Below are positions 27,587-34,632 of a stretch of 50,613 bases of DNA, in pieces; the first letter of the stretch is position 1, and the number at the start of each line of letters is the position of its first letter. The stretch spans positions 1 to 50,613 of the forward strand of contig JAISBF010000088.1 in assembly GCA_031266335.1 (NCBI GenBank), written 5' to 3'. The stretch is from Verrucomicrobiales bacterium. GTDB taxonomy: Bacteria > Verrucomicrobiota > Verrucomicrobiia > Methylacidiphilales > JAAUTS01. The notes beneath the pieces were generated by a model. The model was not told the DNA's origin, searched no databases, and worked only from the letters and a program-made list of their open reading frames with translations. The position numbers and the translations under genes were made by a program.

Positions 27587-28789
27587 TCATCCGCTGGCCG
27601 TGAGGCCGAGTTGATTCCATAACGGGCACAAATCCACCACGCGGCCACCATCAGCGGCCTCGTCAATGGCGAACGCGACGGCGCACGCGCGCAGCGCCTC
27701 ATCAATGCCGGCCAGCGGCGGCAGGCCGCGCGTGAGCGTCAGCGCCAGACCGCGCGCCAACTCGTCATCGCCGCCGCCGTGACCGCCAGCGGCCTCGCCG
27801 GCGTAGTCAATTTCCTCGACGTGCCGCGTGTGGGCAATGCGCGCCAGTTCGACGCGACCGGTGGCGAGATTGGCGCGTAGCGTGCCTTCCGTACCGCACC
27901 AATAAAAGCGCCGTTCGGGCAAGCCGGTGTTGCAGTTGGTGTGAAAAGTCGCCCGCGCGCCACCGTCGTATTCGAGAATGGCGACTTGGTTGTCAAAAAT
28001 ATCCGCGCCGCCGGTGAACGGGTTGACTTGCCGCGGACCGCGCCAGGTTTGGTATGCCGCGCGTCCATTGTCGTCCGGCCCGATGCGCGCGATGTGCCGC
28101 TCGTTGGCGGGGACAAAAAAATCGCGCCCGCCGAAACTGGCCACTCGCCGCGGCAACTTGCCGGTGAACCAGTTGGCGAGGTCGAGGTCGTGGCAGCATT
28201 TTTCCAAAATGTGCGAGCCGGCCAGCGCGCGCTGACGCCGCCAGTTGCCGAAAATATAACCGCCATGGTTGAAATTAAGCGTTTCATTGAACTCGAACGA
28301 CACGAGGTCACCGACAGCGCCGGCGTCGAGCAGTTCCTTGATTTTGCGATAAATGGGCGTGTAACGCAGCACCAAACCGAAGGCGAAAATTCTGCCGCTG
28401 GCGGTGACCGCGTCGCGCACGCGCAGACCATCGGGTAAATTGGTGGCGAGCGGTTTTTCGCAGAAAACATGTAAGCCGGCGCGCAAGGCACTAACAGCTT
28501 GGTCGGCATGGTGACAGTTGGGAGTGCCGATGAACACCCAGTCGAGACCGGGCGTGGCGATGAGTTCACGGTCGCTGCCGCTGACAGTGACCGCCGCGCC
28601 GAATTGTTCCCGCGCGAGGCTGACCGCGCCGGGGTCGGGATCATACACAGCGACAACTTTGATTTGGCCGCGACTTTCCCGCAACAAATTTTTGACAACC
28701 GTCCGCAACCGGTCGCCGACGCCAATTAAACCGATGCTCACAGGTGGGCACATGGAAATGTTATAATTCACCATCAGCGCGTCGTCCAT
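27587..28789 (-). CDS. Gfo/Idh/MocA-family NAD(P)-dependent oxidoreductase
   Basis: The N-terminal Rossmann segment is IGLIGVGDRLRTVV...VVAVYDP, with EKP (FCEKPLA) and a dimerisation domain. An alternative start is at 28753. Confidence 0.85.
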   Translation of the reverse strand: MDDALMVNYNISMCPPVSIGLIGVGDRLRTVVKNLLRESRGQIKVVAVYDPDPGAVSLAREQFGAAVTVSGSDRELIATPGLDWVFIGTPNCHHADQAVSALRAGLHVFCEKPLATNLPDGLRVRDAVTASGRIFAFGLVLRYTPIYRKIKELLDAGAVGDLVSFEFNETLNFNHGGYIFGNWRRQRALAGSHILEKCCHDLDLANWFTGKLPRRVASFGGRDFFVPANERHIARIGPDDNGRAAYQTWRGPRQVNPFTGGADIFDNQVAILEYDGGARATFHTNCNTGLPERRFYWCGTEGTLRANLATGRVELARIAHTRHVEEIDYAGEAAGGHGGGDDELARGLALTLTRGLPPLAGIDEALRACAVAFAIDEAADGGRVVDLCPLWNQLGLTASG

Positions 28790-28845
28790 GTCCGATGTGA
28801 TAAAAATTTTAACCGAAATGATATTTGCTGCTTTGCAGATTGCAC

Positions 28846-28940
28846 GTAAAAAGGTTAGTCTTCATTTCTTGACAGATGAGCAGAATTGAATGAAGCGAAT
28901 GAAAAGAATTTTTCAAGAAGTGAGGATTGCCTATTTTTAC
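28846..28940 (+). repeat. Palindromic ~100-bp repeat, copy 2
   Basis: GTAAAAAGGTTAGTCTTCATTTCTTGACAGATGAGCAGAATTGAATGAAGCGAATGAAAAGAATTTTTCAAGAAGTGAGGATTGCCTATTTTTAC. Confidence 0.8.
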
Positions 28941-29079
28941 TTTTACTCGCGGGGAATAAAATTTTTGGGCAGTCGCTGAAGCGCGAGACACGGGCAAGAT
29001 TTTCCGTGCCACATTCCGCGTTCACCATCAGCAGTAAAGTTTTCTTGATAGTGTTCTCAAATTTGAGAGTATATAAAAT

Positions 29080-29808
29080 ATGAAGTCAACTGTGGCGGAA
29101 ATCAGGCGGCGGTTTGACGGCGAGGTTGAGCGGTTTGCCAATCTGGAGACCGGGCAGGTGGCCACGGTTGACGCGCGACTGTCCTTGGAGTTGATTACGG
29201 AAGCGGCGGCGCGCTTGGTGCCGGACGCCGGGAATTTGCTGGATGTCGGTTGCGGCGCCGGCAACTATACGCTGATGATGTTGCGAAGATTGCCCGCGTT
29301 AAATTGCGCGTTGCTGGATTTGAGCGAGCCGATGTTGGCGCGGGCGGCGGCGCGGGTTTTTCAGCAAACGAAAAAGACAGCGGAGATGTTTCAGGGGGAC
29401 GTGCGGGAAGTGGCGTTACGGGAAAATCATTACGACATTATTTTGGCGGGTGCGGTGTTGCATCATTTGCGGGACGACGCGGATTGGGAAGGAGTGTTTG
29501 GCAAACTTTACCGCCTGCTCCGGCCTGGCGGCTGCCTGATGATTGCGGACTTGGTGGCGCAGGACCACGCCGCGCTGACCGAGGTCAGCTGGCGGCGATA
29601 CGCCAGTTATCTTGAGGGTCTCGGCGGGTCGGAATATTGCCGAAAAGTACTTGATTATATCGCCAGAGAAGATTCGCCGAGATCGGTCACGTATCAACTG
29701 GAGTTGATGAAAAAGGTTGGGTTCGGGAGCGTGGAGATTTTGCACAAGAACTTGTGCTTCGCGGCGTTCGGCGGGGTGAAGTCGCGGCGGACGGAAGGCG
29801 GGCGCTGA
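29080..29808 (+). CDS. Class I SAM-dependent methyltransferase
   Basis: Motif I LLDVGCGAGNYTL, post-I LLDLSEPML, and motif IV-like LRPGGCLMIADL. Confidence 0.85.
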   Translation: MKSTVAEIRRRFDGEVERFANLETGQVATVDARLSLELITEAAARLVPDAGNLLDVGCGAGNYTLMMLRRLPALNCALLDLSEPMLARAAARVFQQTKKTAEMFQGDVREVALRENHYDIILAGAVLHHLRDDADWEGVFGKLYRLLRPGGCLMIADLVAQDHAALTEVSWRRYASYLEGLGGSEYCRKVLDYIAREDSPRSVTYQLELMKKVGFGSVEILHKNLCFAAFGGVKSRRTEGGR

Positions 29809-29850
29809 CAGTCATGGGCTGTTCCGACGTGGTAAAAGGGGTAGCGGCTT

Positions 29851-29945
29851 GGAAAGGGGGCAGTCGTCATTTCTTGACAGATGGGCAGAATTGAAAGAAG
29901 CGAATAAAAAGGATTTGTCAAAAAATGAAGACTGACCCCTTTTCC
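29851..29945 (+). repeat. Palindromic ~100-bp repeat, copy 3 (best-preserved arms)
   Basis: GGAAAGGGGGCAGTCGTCATTTCTTGACA-[36 nt]-TGTCAAAAAATGAAGACTGACCCCTTTTCC. The ~30-bp arms are complementary with few mismatches. Confidence 0.85.
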
Positions 29946-29972
29946 CCCTTTTTTGGAGGATAGTCTTTAATT

Positions 29973-30227
29973 ATGACAATAATAGCTTATATGTTAGGAT
30001 TATTTCTTGGTTTAGGATTAACCACAGAAATAAATAGGACTTTGTTCGGTATGGGCACGGATGGATCTATGTTTATGTGTCATGTACTGGGTTGTTTCGT
30101 TTCCTGTTGTTTATTTCTTTTTTGCTATAAAAAGATTATAAATATTAATTATAAATATTTAATTTCTCTCGGTTTTGGCTTTTTTGCTCTTATGGAATTG
30201 GTTAGGTTTTTTGACGGCAACCACTAA
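29973..30227 (+). CDS. Small hydrophobic (2-3 TM) protein, low GC
   Basis: GGAGGA lies 12 nt upstream of the ATG. 84 aa with hydrophobic segments. AT-rich codons unlike the host genome. Confidence 0.45.
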   Translation: MTIIAYMLGLFLGLGLTTEINRTLFGMGTDGSMFMCHVLGCFVSCCLFLFCYKKIININYKYLISLGFGFFALMELVRFFDGNH

Positions 30228-30242
30228 AAGTAAAATGGGGCA

Positions 30243-30340
30243 GTAAAAGAGGGCAGTCTTCATTTCTTGACAGATGAGCAGAATTGAATGAAGCGAATAA
30301 AAAGAATTTATCAAAAAACGAAGATTGACCCCTTTCTCCC
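30243..30340 (+). repeat. Palindromic ~100-bp repeat, copy 4
   Basis: GTAAAAGAGGGCAGTCTTCATTTCTTGACAGATGAGCAGAATTGAATGAAGCGAATAAAAAGAATTTATCAAAAAACGAAGATTGACCCCTTTCTCC. Confidence 0.8.
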
Positions 30341-30382
30341 CTTTCTATCGGCGTCAGCGGCTTGGTGAATCGTCCCTACGCC

Positions 30383-31711
30383 CTATTGTCCCAAGGTGCC
30401 AGTCTTTTCAACCGGAGCGGGTTGGCCTTTGCTGAGGGCTGACAGCCAGGCGGCGGTCCGCTGATAGTAGGGGGAGTGCGAATTGTTGAAAGGCCGATGA
30501 TCAGCGTCCGGCATCACCACCAGTTCCTTGGCGCCCCTGAGCTGGTTGAAGGCGCTGAAGACCCCGGACGGCGGAGAGGTGGAGTCGAGCAAGCCCATGC
30601 CGACCAGCGTTGGGCAACGGACGCGGGCGGCGAAGTTGACGCCGTCAAAATAGCGCGCGGTTTCCAGAACTTTGGCCGGATCCTTGCCTTCGGCGTGCCT
30701 GGCCCAGCCGGGCCAGCCGGGGTTTCTGCCCGCCAGGGCGCCGGTATGGTCGCAACCGGCGGGGACCAGGATGAGGACGGCGGTGATTTTGGGGTGCAGC
30801 GCCGCCGTCGCCAGGGCTTGCCAACCCCCTTGGCTGGCGCCGGTGACGACCAGCGTGCGGCCATCCCAGTCGGGGCGGTTGGAGAGGTATTCCGCGGCGC
30901 GGTAACAGGCGAGGAACATGCGCAGGAAGTAACTCTGTTCACGGTCATCGTTGCCGATGGAGGTGTAGGCCTTAAGCTCGTTTTGCCCCAGCGCGTCATA
31001 AAATTCCTGCGCGTTGTCAATCGGCAGGTCGTGGGCGTTGATATTCAGTACCAGCCAGCCATCGTGGGCGGGGTTAGTGGCGAATTCTTTTTTTAAGGCA
31101 TAAACGCCGGCCCATTGGACGACGAGCATGGCGGGCAGTTTGTCTCCGGTGGCCGGGCGGGCGAGCTGGCCGTAAATGTGAGTGCCGCGGATGTTATCCA
31201 GCGTAATCTTCCAGTAATCAACCCCCGCTTTTCCGCTCTCTTTCCTTTCCAACACCGGATGCTCCGGCATGGCGTTCAACTCGGCGATTTTGGATGCCCA
31301 AAAGGCGTCGAAGTCATTCGGGGCGGGCGAGGAGGGCATCAACTGATCGGGAGTGAAAGCCGCTCCGGCAAGAGTTTGGAGCGTTTTTTTACCGTCCATG
31401 GGGGCGCTGATTTCGGCCAGCACGGTGCCGGGTTCGTTGAGGGTTGCTGCAATGGTCGCCGGTCCGGCCTCGAAGTTTAGAGTGCCTTGGCCGATGACTT
31501 GCGCATTACCCTTTTTTAGCACATAGGTGCCGCTCTGAACGGTATGCTGCGGATCGTCCGTGACCGCTACATGCCAGACAATTTTCTGGCCCGGAGCGGC
31601 AATGCCGCTTGGATTCTCGGCGCTGACCGTGAGTGCTGGATCAGCGATGGCCAGAAGAGGGGCACAAAAAAGCGCCAAGAGAATACCTTTAAGAAAGGAC
31701 GGCAAGCTCAT
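30383..31711 (-). CDS. Secreted acetyl-xylan-esterase/cephalosporin-C-deacetylase-like (CE7-type) alpha/beta hydrolase
   Basis: GASQGG nucleophile elbow (GxSQG as in CE7/AXE1). The signal peptide MSLPSFLKGILLALFCAPLLAIA follows from the ATG at 31711; the ORF extends to a GTG at 31729. Confidence 0.8.
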   Translation of the reverse strand: MSLPSFLKGILLALFCAPLLAIADPALTVSAENPSGIAAPGQKIVWHVAVTDDPQHTVQSGTYVLKKGNAQVIGQGTLNFEAGPATIAATLNEPGTVLAEISAPMDGKKTLQTLAGAAFTPDQLMPSSPAPNDFDAFWASKIAELNAMPEHPVLERKESGKAGVDYWKITLDNIRGTHIYGQLARPATGDKLPAMLVVQWAGVYALKKEFATNPAHDGWLVLNINAHDLPIDNAQEFYDALGQNELKAYTSIGNDDREQSYFLRMFLACYRAAEYLSNRPDWDGRTLVVTGASQGGWQALATAALHPKITAVLILVPAGCDHTGALAGRNPGWPGWARHAEGKDPAKVLETARYFDGVNFAARVRCPTLVGMGLLDSTSPPSGVFSAFNQLRGAKELVVMPDADHRPFNNSHSPYYQRTAAWLSALSKGQPAPVEKTGTLGQ

Positions 31712-31763
31712 GATTCCAGAGTTAACCACGGTTTGAACGGAAATATCAAGCTGCTAATGAATA

Positions 31764-31859
31764 GGAAAAAAAGGGTCAGTCTTCATTTCTTGACAGATGG
31801 GCAGAATTAAAAGAGGCGAACGAAAAAAATTTGTCAAAAATGAAAATTGCCCCCTTTTT
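31764..31859 (+). repeat. Palindromic ~100-bp repeat, copy 5
   Basis: GGAAAAAAAGGGTCAGTCTTCATTTCTTGACAGATGGGCAGAATTAAAAGAGGCGAACGAAAAAAATTTGTCAAAAATGAAAATTGCCCCCTTTTT. Confidence 0.8.
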
Positions 31860-31915
31860 GTCGGACATATCCCCTTTGCTTTTGTTCGCGAGATGGCTAT
31901 AGCATACAAAACATT

Positions 31916-32953
31916 ATGAAATTCCCGTCTCATGATAAATCCGTGTCATCCGGCATATCCCGCCGCAAGGCCATTCAAATGTTCGGACTCGGTATGATCG
32001 CCTCCACCGCTTTTGGCGGTCGTCTGAATGCAGCCGGGAGCGCGTCCACCACGAAGCGTCCGCCCGCAAGAGAGGGCAATGCGGAGACTTGGCGTTTCAT
32101 GATCGGGAACATCGAAGCCATTTCCGTTTGCGACGGTTTTGGCACCTTCAGCCCCGCCCATACGGTCTGGCCGAAGGACGCCACCGAAAGCGGCATTGCC
32201 AGGCAACTCGAGGCCGCCTTCCTTCCCGCTGGCAAGGCAATTATGTCTTACAATGTGCTGGTATTGCGTACCGGGAAAGAAGTCATCCTCGTTGATACCG
32301 GATGCGGCGCGGTCGCCGATACCGACAGCGGCCGGCTCATCGCCAACCTCGCGACCGTAAACCTCCGTCCGCAGGACATCACGGCTGTGGTCATCACCCA
32401 TGGACACAGCGATCACATCGGCGGGTTGCTGGACGCCGCCGGAGCACCGACATTCACGAACGCCCGGCTCTTCATTCGGAAGAAGGAACTGGACTACTGG
32501 TTCTCCGAAAACCCGGACACCTCCACGATGATAGTAGATGAAACCGCGCAGAAATGGACGGTCGGGAGCGCGCGAAAATACCTCGGGCCGCTCAAAGATG
32601 CCTTCCTGCTGGTCGAGCCTGGACAGCGGATCCTCGACTGCATTGAAATTGTGGATACCGCCGGGCACACACCCGGTCATGCCTCGCTCCTTATCCGATC
32701 GGGAGAGGAAACGCTCTTTCACATGGCGGACGTTACTCATCACAGCATCCTCTCGTTCGCCAACCCGGAATGGAGACTCAGCTTCGACTCGATTCCGGAA
32801 CTGGCGGCAACCACCCGTCGAAAGATTCTCACCTGGCTTTCCAGTGAGCGTACCCGCGCCCTCAGCTATCATGCGCCTTTCCCCGGAGTCGCCCACATTG
32901 CTGCCGATGGGAGAGGCTTTCGCTGGGTGCCGGAGCATTGGTCGATCGTGTAG
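31916..32953 (+). CDS. MBL-fold metallo-hydrolase with Tat-type signal
   Basis: ITHGHSDHIGG (HxHxDH). The N-terminal SRRKAIQMFGLGMIASTAFG is twin-arginine-like. The ATG at 31916 is in frame with the track ORF 31847. Confidence 0.85.
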   Translation: MKFPSHDKSVSSGISRRKAIQMFGLGMIASTAFGGRLNAAGSASTTKRPPAREGNAETWRFMIGNIEAISVCDGFGTFSPAHTVWPKDATESGIARQLEAAFLPAGKAIMSYNVLVLRTGKEVILVDTGCGAVADTDSGRLIANLATVNLRPQDITAVVITHGHSDHIGGLLDAAGAPTFTNARLFIRKKELDYWFSENPDTSTMIVDETAQKWTVGSARKYLGPLKDAFLLVEPGQRILDCIEIVDTAGHTPGHASLLIRSGEETLFHMADVTHHSILSFANPEWRLSFDSIPELAATTRRKILTWLSSERTRALSYHAPFPGVAHIAADGRGFRWVPEHWSIV

Positions 32954-32966
32954 TAAAGATTCACCA

Positions 32967-33068
32967 AAAGGGGTAAAAAGGTATTAGTCTTCATTTTTTG
33001 ACAGATGAACAGAACTGAAAGAAGTAAATGAAAGGAATCAGTCAAAAATGAAGACTGACTCCTTTCCC
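32967..33068 (+). repeat. Palindromic ~100-bp repeat, copy 6
   Basis: AAAAGGGGTAAAAAGGTATTAGTCTTCATTTTTTGACAGATGAACAGAACTGAAAGAAGTAAATGAAAGGAATCAGTCAAAAATGAAGACTGACTCCTTTCCC. Confidence 0.8.
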
Positions 33069-33077
33069 AAAATAATC

Positions 33078-33107
33078 TGTCAAGAAATGAAGGCTGCCTC
33101 TTTTTAC
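33078..33107 (-). repeat. Isolated inverted arm of the palindromic repeat
   Basis: TGTCAAGAAATGAAGGCTGCCTCTTTTTAC is the reverse complement of the left-arm consensus GTAAAAGAGGGCAGTCTTCATTTCTTGACA. Confidence 0.7.
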
Positions 33108-33113
33108 ATTAAT

Positions 33114-33401
33114 ATGTTCAAAAAACATGGCCCACAAAAAGTTCAACACATCATTGATAATTATATAGTACAAACTCGTGACCGATATACAGTTGAATAC
33201 CTAAAGGATAACAAAAAAGTAACAATTGGAGTTGATTTTGGATTTATTATATATGTTTTCCAAGGTTCAATGCGTGGATGGTTAAATCTAAAAGAATATG
33301 CAATGGGACAAGACGAACAAATTATTGTGTTAGGGAGAATTGTGGCAGGCTTGAATGCGATGGGATGCGAAGTTGAAGTATGCTCTGGGAACGCACCTTA
33401 A
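33114..33401 (+). CDS. Small hypothetical protein (95 aa), low GC
   Basis: The ORF begins after the repeat arm (MFKKHGPQKV...) and has AT-rich codon usage. It is bracketed by inverted repeat arms at 33078-33107 and 33421-33448. Confidence 0.4.
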   Translation: MFKKHGPQKVQHIIDNYIVQTRDRYTVEYLKDNKKVTIGVDFGFIIYVFQGSMRGWLNLKEYAMGQDEQIIVLGRIVAGLNAMGCEVEVCSGNAP

Positions 33402-33420
33402 ATTTGTACAGCAACCAACT

Positions 33421-33490
33421 GTAAAAGAGGTCTCTTCATTTCTTGACATCATGCTTATTCAAATTATGAGCTAAAAAGCGAATAGAATGG
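33421..33490 (+). repeat. Palindromic repeat, copy 7 (left arm intact, remainder degenerate)
   Basis: GTAAAAGAGGTCTCTTCATTTCTTGACA is followed by diverged sequence that retains AAAAGCGAATA from the central region. Confidence 0.6.
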
Positions 33491-33598
33491 CTGCTCTGTA
33501 TCACCGTCAGCGGCAACAAACATCCGCAACTATGTTGGATTGCTGCAATTATCAATATTCAATAATCAATAAAAAATTTCGCCACCGTCAGCGATTAT

Positions 33599-33775
33599 TC
33601 AACCCACCATATGCGCAGCCAGGCGCCGCACGAACGGGCTGTTTTTCAAACGCCGCGCGAGATAGGCGTGAAATTCATCGAAACTCATGTTGGAAGTTTC
33701 GGCATAAATTTTCGCTTGAAGGTCACGCTTCATGGCCAAGCAATCAAAGTTTTTTTCTTTTTTAATCGCTTTCAT
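33599..33775 (-). CDS. Small 58-aa protein translationally coupled to the PIN gene (possible antitoxin/partner)
   Basis: Hand-translated as MKAIKKEKNFDCLAMKRDLQAKIYAETSNMSFDEFHAYLARRLKNSPFVRRLAAHMVG. It is not in the supplied track (<60 aa). Its ATG overlaps the PIN stop by 14 nt. Confidence 0.45.
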   Translation of the reverse strand: MKAIKKEKNFDCLAMKRDLQAKIYAETSNMSFDEFHAYLARRLKNSPFVRRLAAHMVG

Positions 33776-34226
33776 ATTTCACCAGTTCTTTCGGATTTCT
33801 GATTTCCAACATAGCATAGCCCATTTTCAAATTCACGCCATTATAGCCTTTGATGCGGTCTAAATTGACTATGTGCTTGAAATTCCAACTCGCCAACACA
33901 TCTGCCTTGTACAAAGTGGCAAGGGCGATGTGATAGCAATCTTCCAAACTGGTTTTGCCCACGACTTTTTCGGCAATATATGCGTTGGCAAGTCTGCGGG
34001 CTTCCGGCGTTAGCGTCACATATTCAAAACAATCATCGGCATAATTTTGCAATAAATTTTTCACTTGTGCCGGCGCGTCCTGTAATTCGTTATCTAAAAT
34101 ATCCGAGATCACAAAAACGATTTCTTTATTTTCAAGCCGCTGAAATAATTTTTGCGTGGCTTCTGCAAACTCGTCATCGAAAAAACCGCCCACCACCGAA
34201 GTGTCAATGTAAATGCGTTGTTTCAT
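33762..34226 (-). CDS. PIN-domain (VapC-like) ribonuclease toxin
   Basis: MKQRIYIDTSVVGG (first acidic residue), then DCYHIALATLYKADVLASWNFKH, which is typical of a PIN C-terminus. The ATG at 34226 lies inside the longer track ORF. Confidence 0.75.
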   Translation of the reverse strand: MKQRIYIDTSVVGGFFDDEFAEATQKLFQRLENKEIVFVISDILDNELQDAPAQVKNLLQNYADDCFEYVTLTPEARRLANAYIAEKVVGKTSLEDCYHIALATLYKADVLASWNFKHIVNLDRIKGYNGVNLKMGYAMLEIRNPKELVKYESD

Positions 34227-34632
34227 AAAATATTCAGCGGATAAAATTGGTGCGTTACGCGACTGGTTCGCCCACAGGTAACGGGACGGTATCCTTGGTG
34301 GCGGAAGTAAGCGGCATCCCTCTGACCGTGTCATCGAGCGAGAAAGTCAACGATTTGAGGGATATTTCCATAGTGAATCACCGTTAATTTAGCCTGCTTC
34401 TCGAACTGATAAAAGAAAAAATTAGCCAGCCTGTTATCCTCACGCAAAGCCCAATGTAGAGCGATGGGTCAATATCAGCAAGCCGATTTCCCTGCGCCGC
34501 GCCCGCTCCTGCAAGGTCGAATTCTCAGTTATACGCCAAAATTCCATGCTGCTGATTTCGCGTGCCAAGGGGTCAAAAATTGTGATTGGCAGTGAGGCGA
34601 TGATTTGCTTTATATTGCTGCAAATATTAAAT

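Larger units (their letters stand above)
20097..34545. mobile_element. Mosaic accessory segment inserted between paralogs A2 and B2 (IS remnant, low-GC island, palindromic-repeat-delimited cassettes, PIN module)
   Basis: GC content and density of the native 11-mer switch abruptly and alternate across the segment. An IS630-like fragment sits at the left edge and a toxin module at the right edge. A1 and B1 are adjacent, whereas A2 and B2 are 14.5 kb apart. Confidence 0.55.

Noticed and set aside
29040-29079. A possible TTGATA-N17/18-TATATA promoter giving a near-leaderless methyltransferase mRNA.
   Set aside because: The spacing is ambiguous, it is a single weak match in AT-rich DNA, and the promoter consensus for this lineage is unknown.
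22990-33490. A CRISPR array, as an explanation for the regularly recurring repeat.
   Set aside because: The repeats are about 100 bp and strongly palindromic. The 'spacers' are 0.03-5.7 kb and contain genes. No cas genes are present.
22990-33490. A canonical integron with classical attC sites.
   Set aside because: I could find no RYYYAAC...GTTRRRY boxes at the repeat ends, no intI or attI in the window, and cassette orientations are mixed. It is kept only as an 'integron-like' hypothesis.
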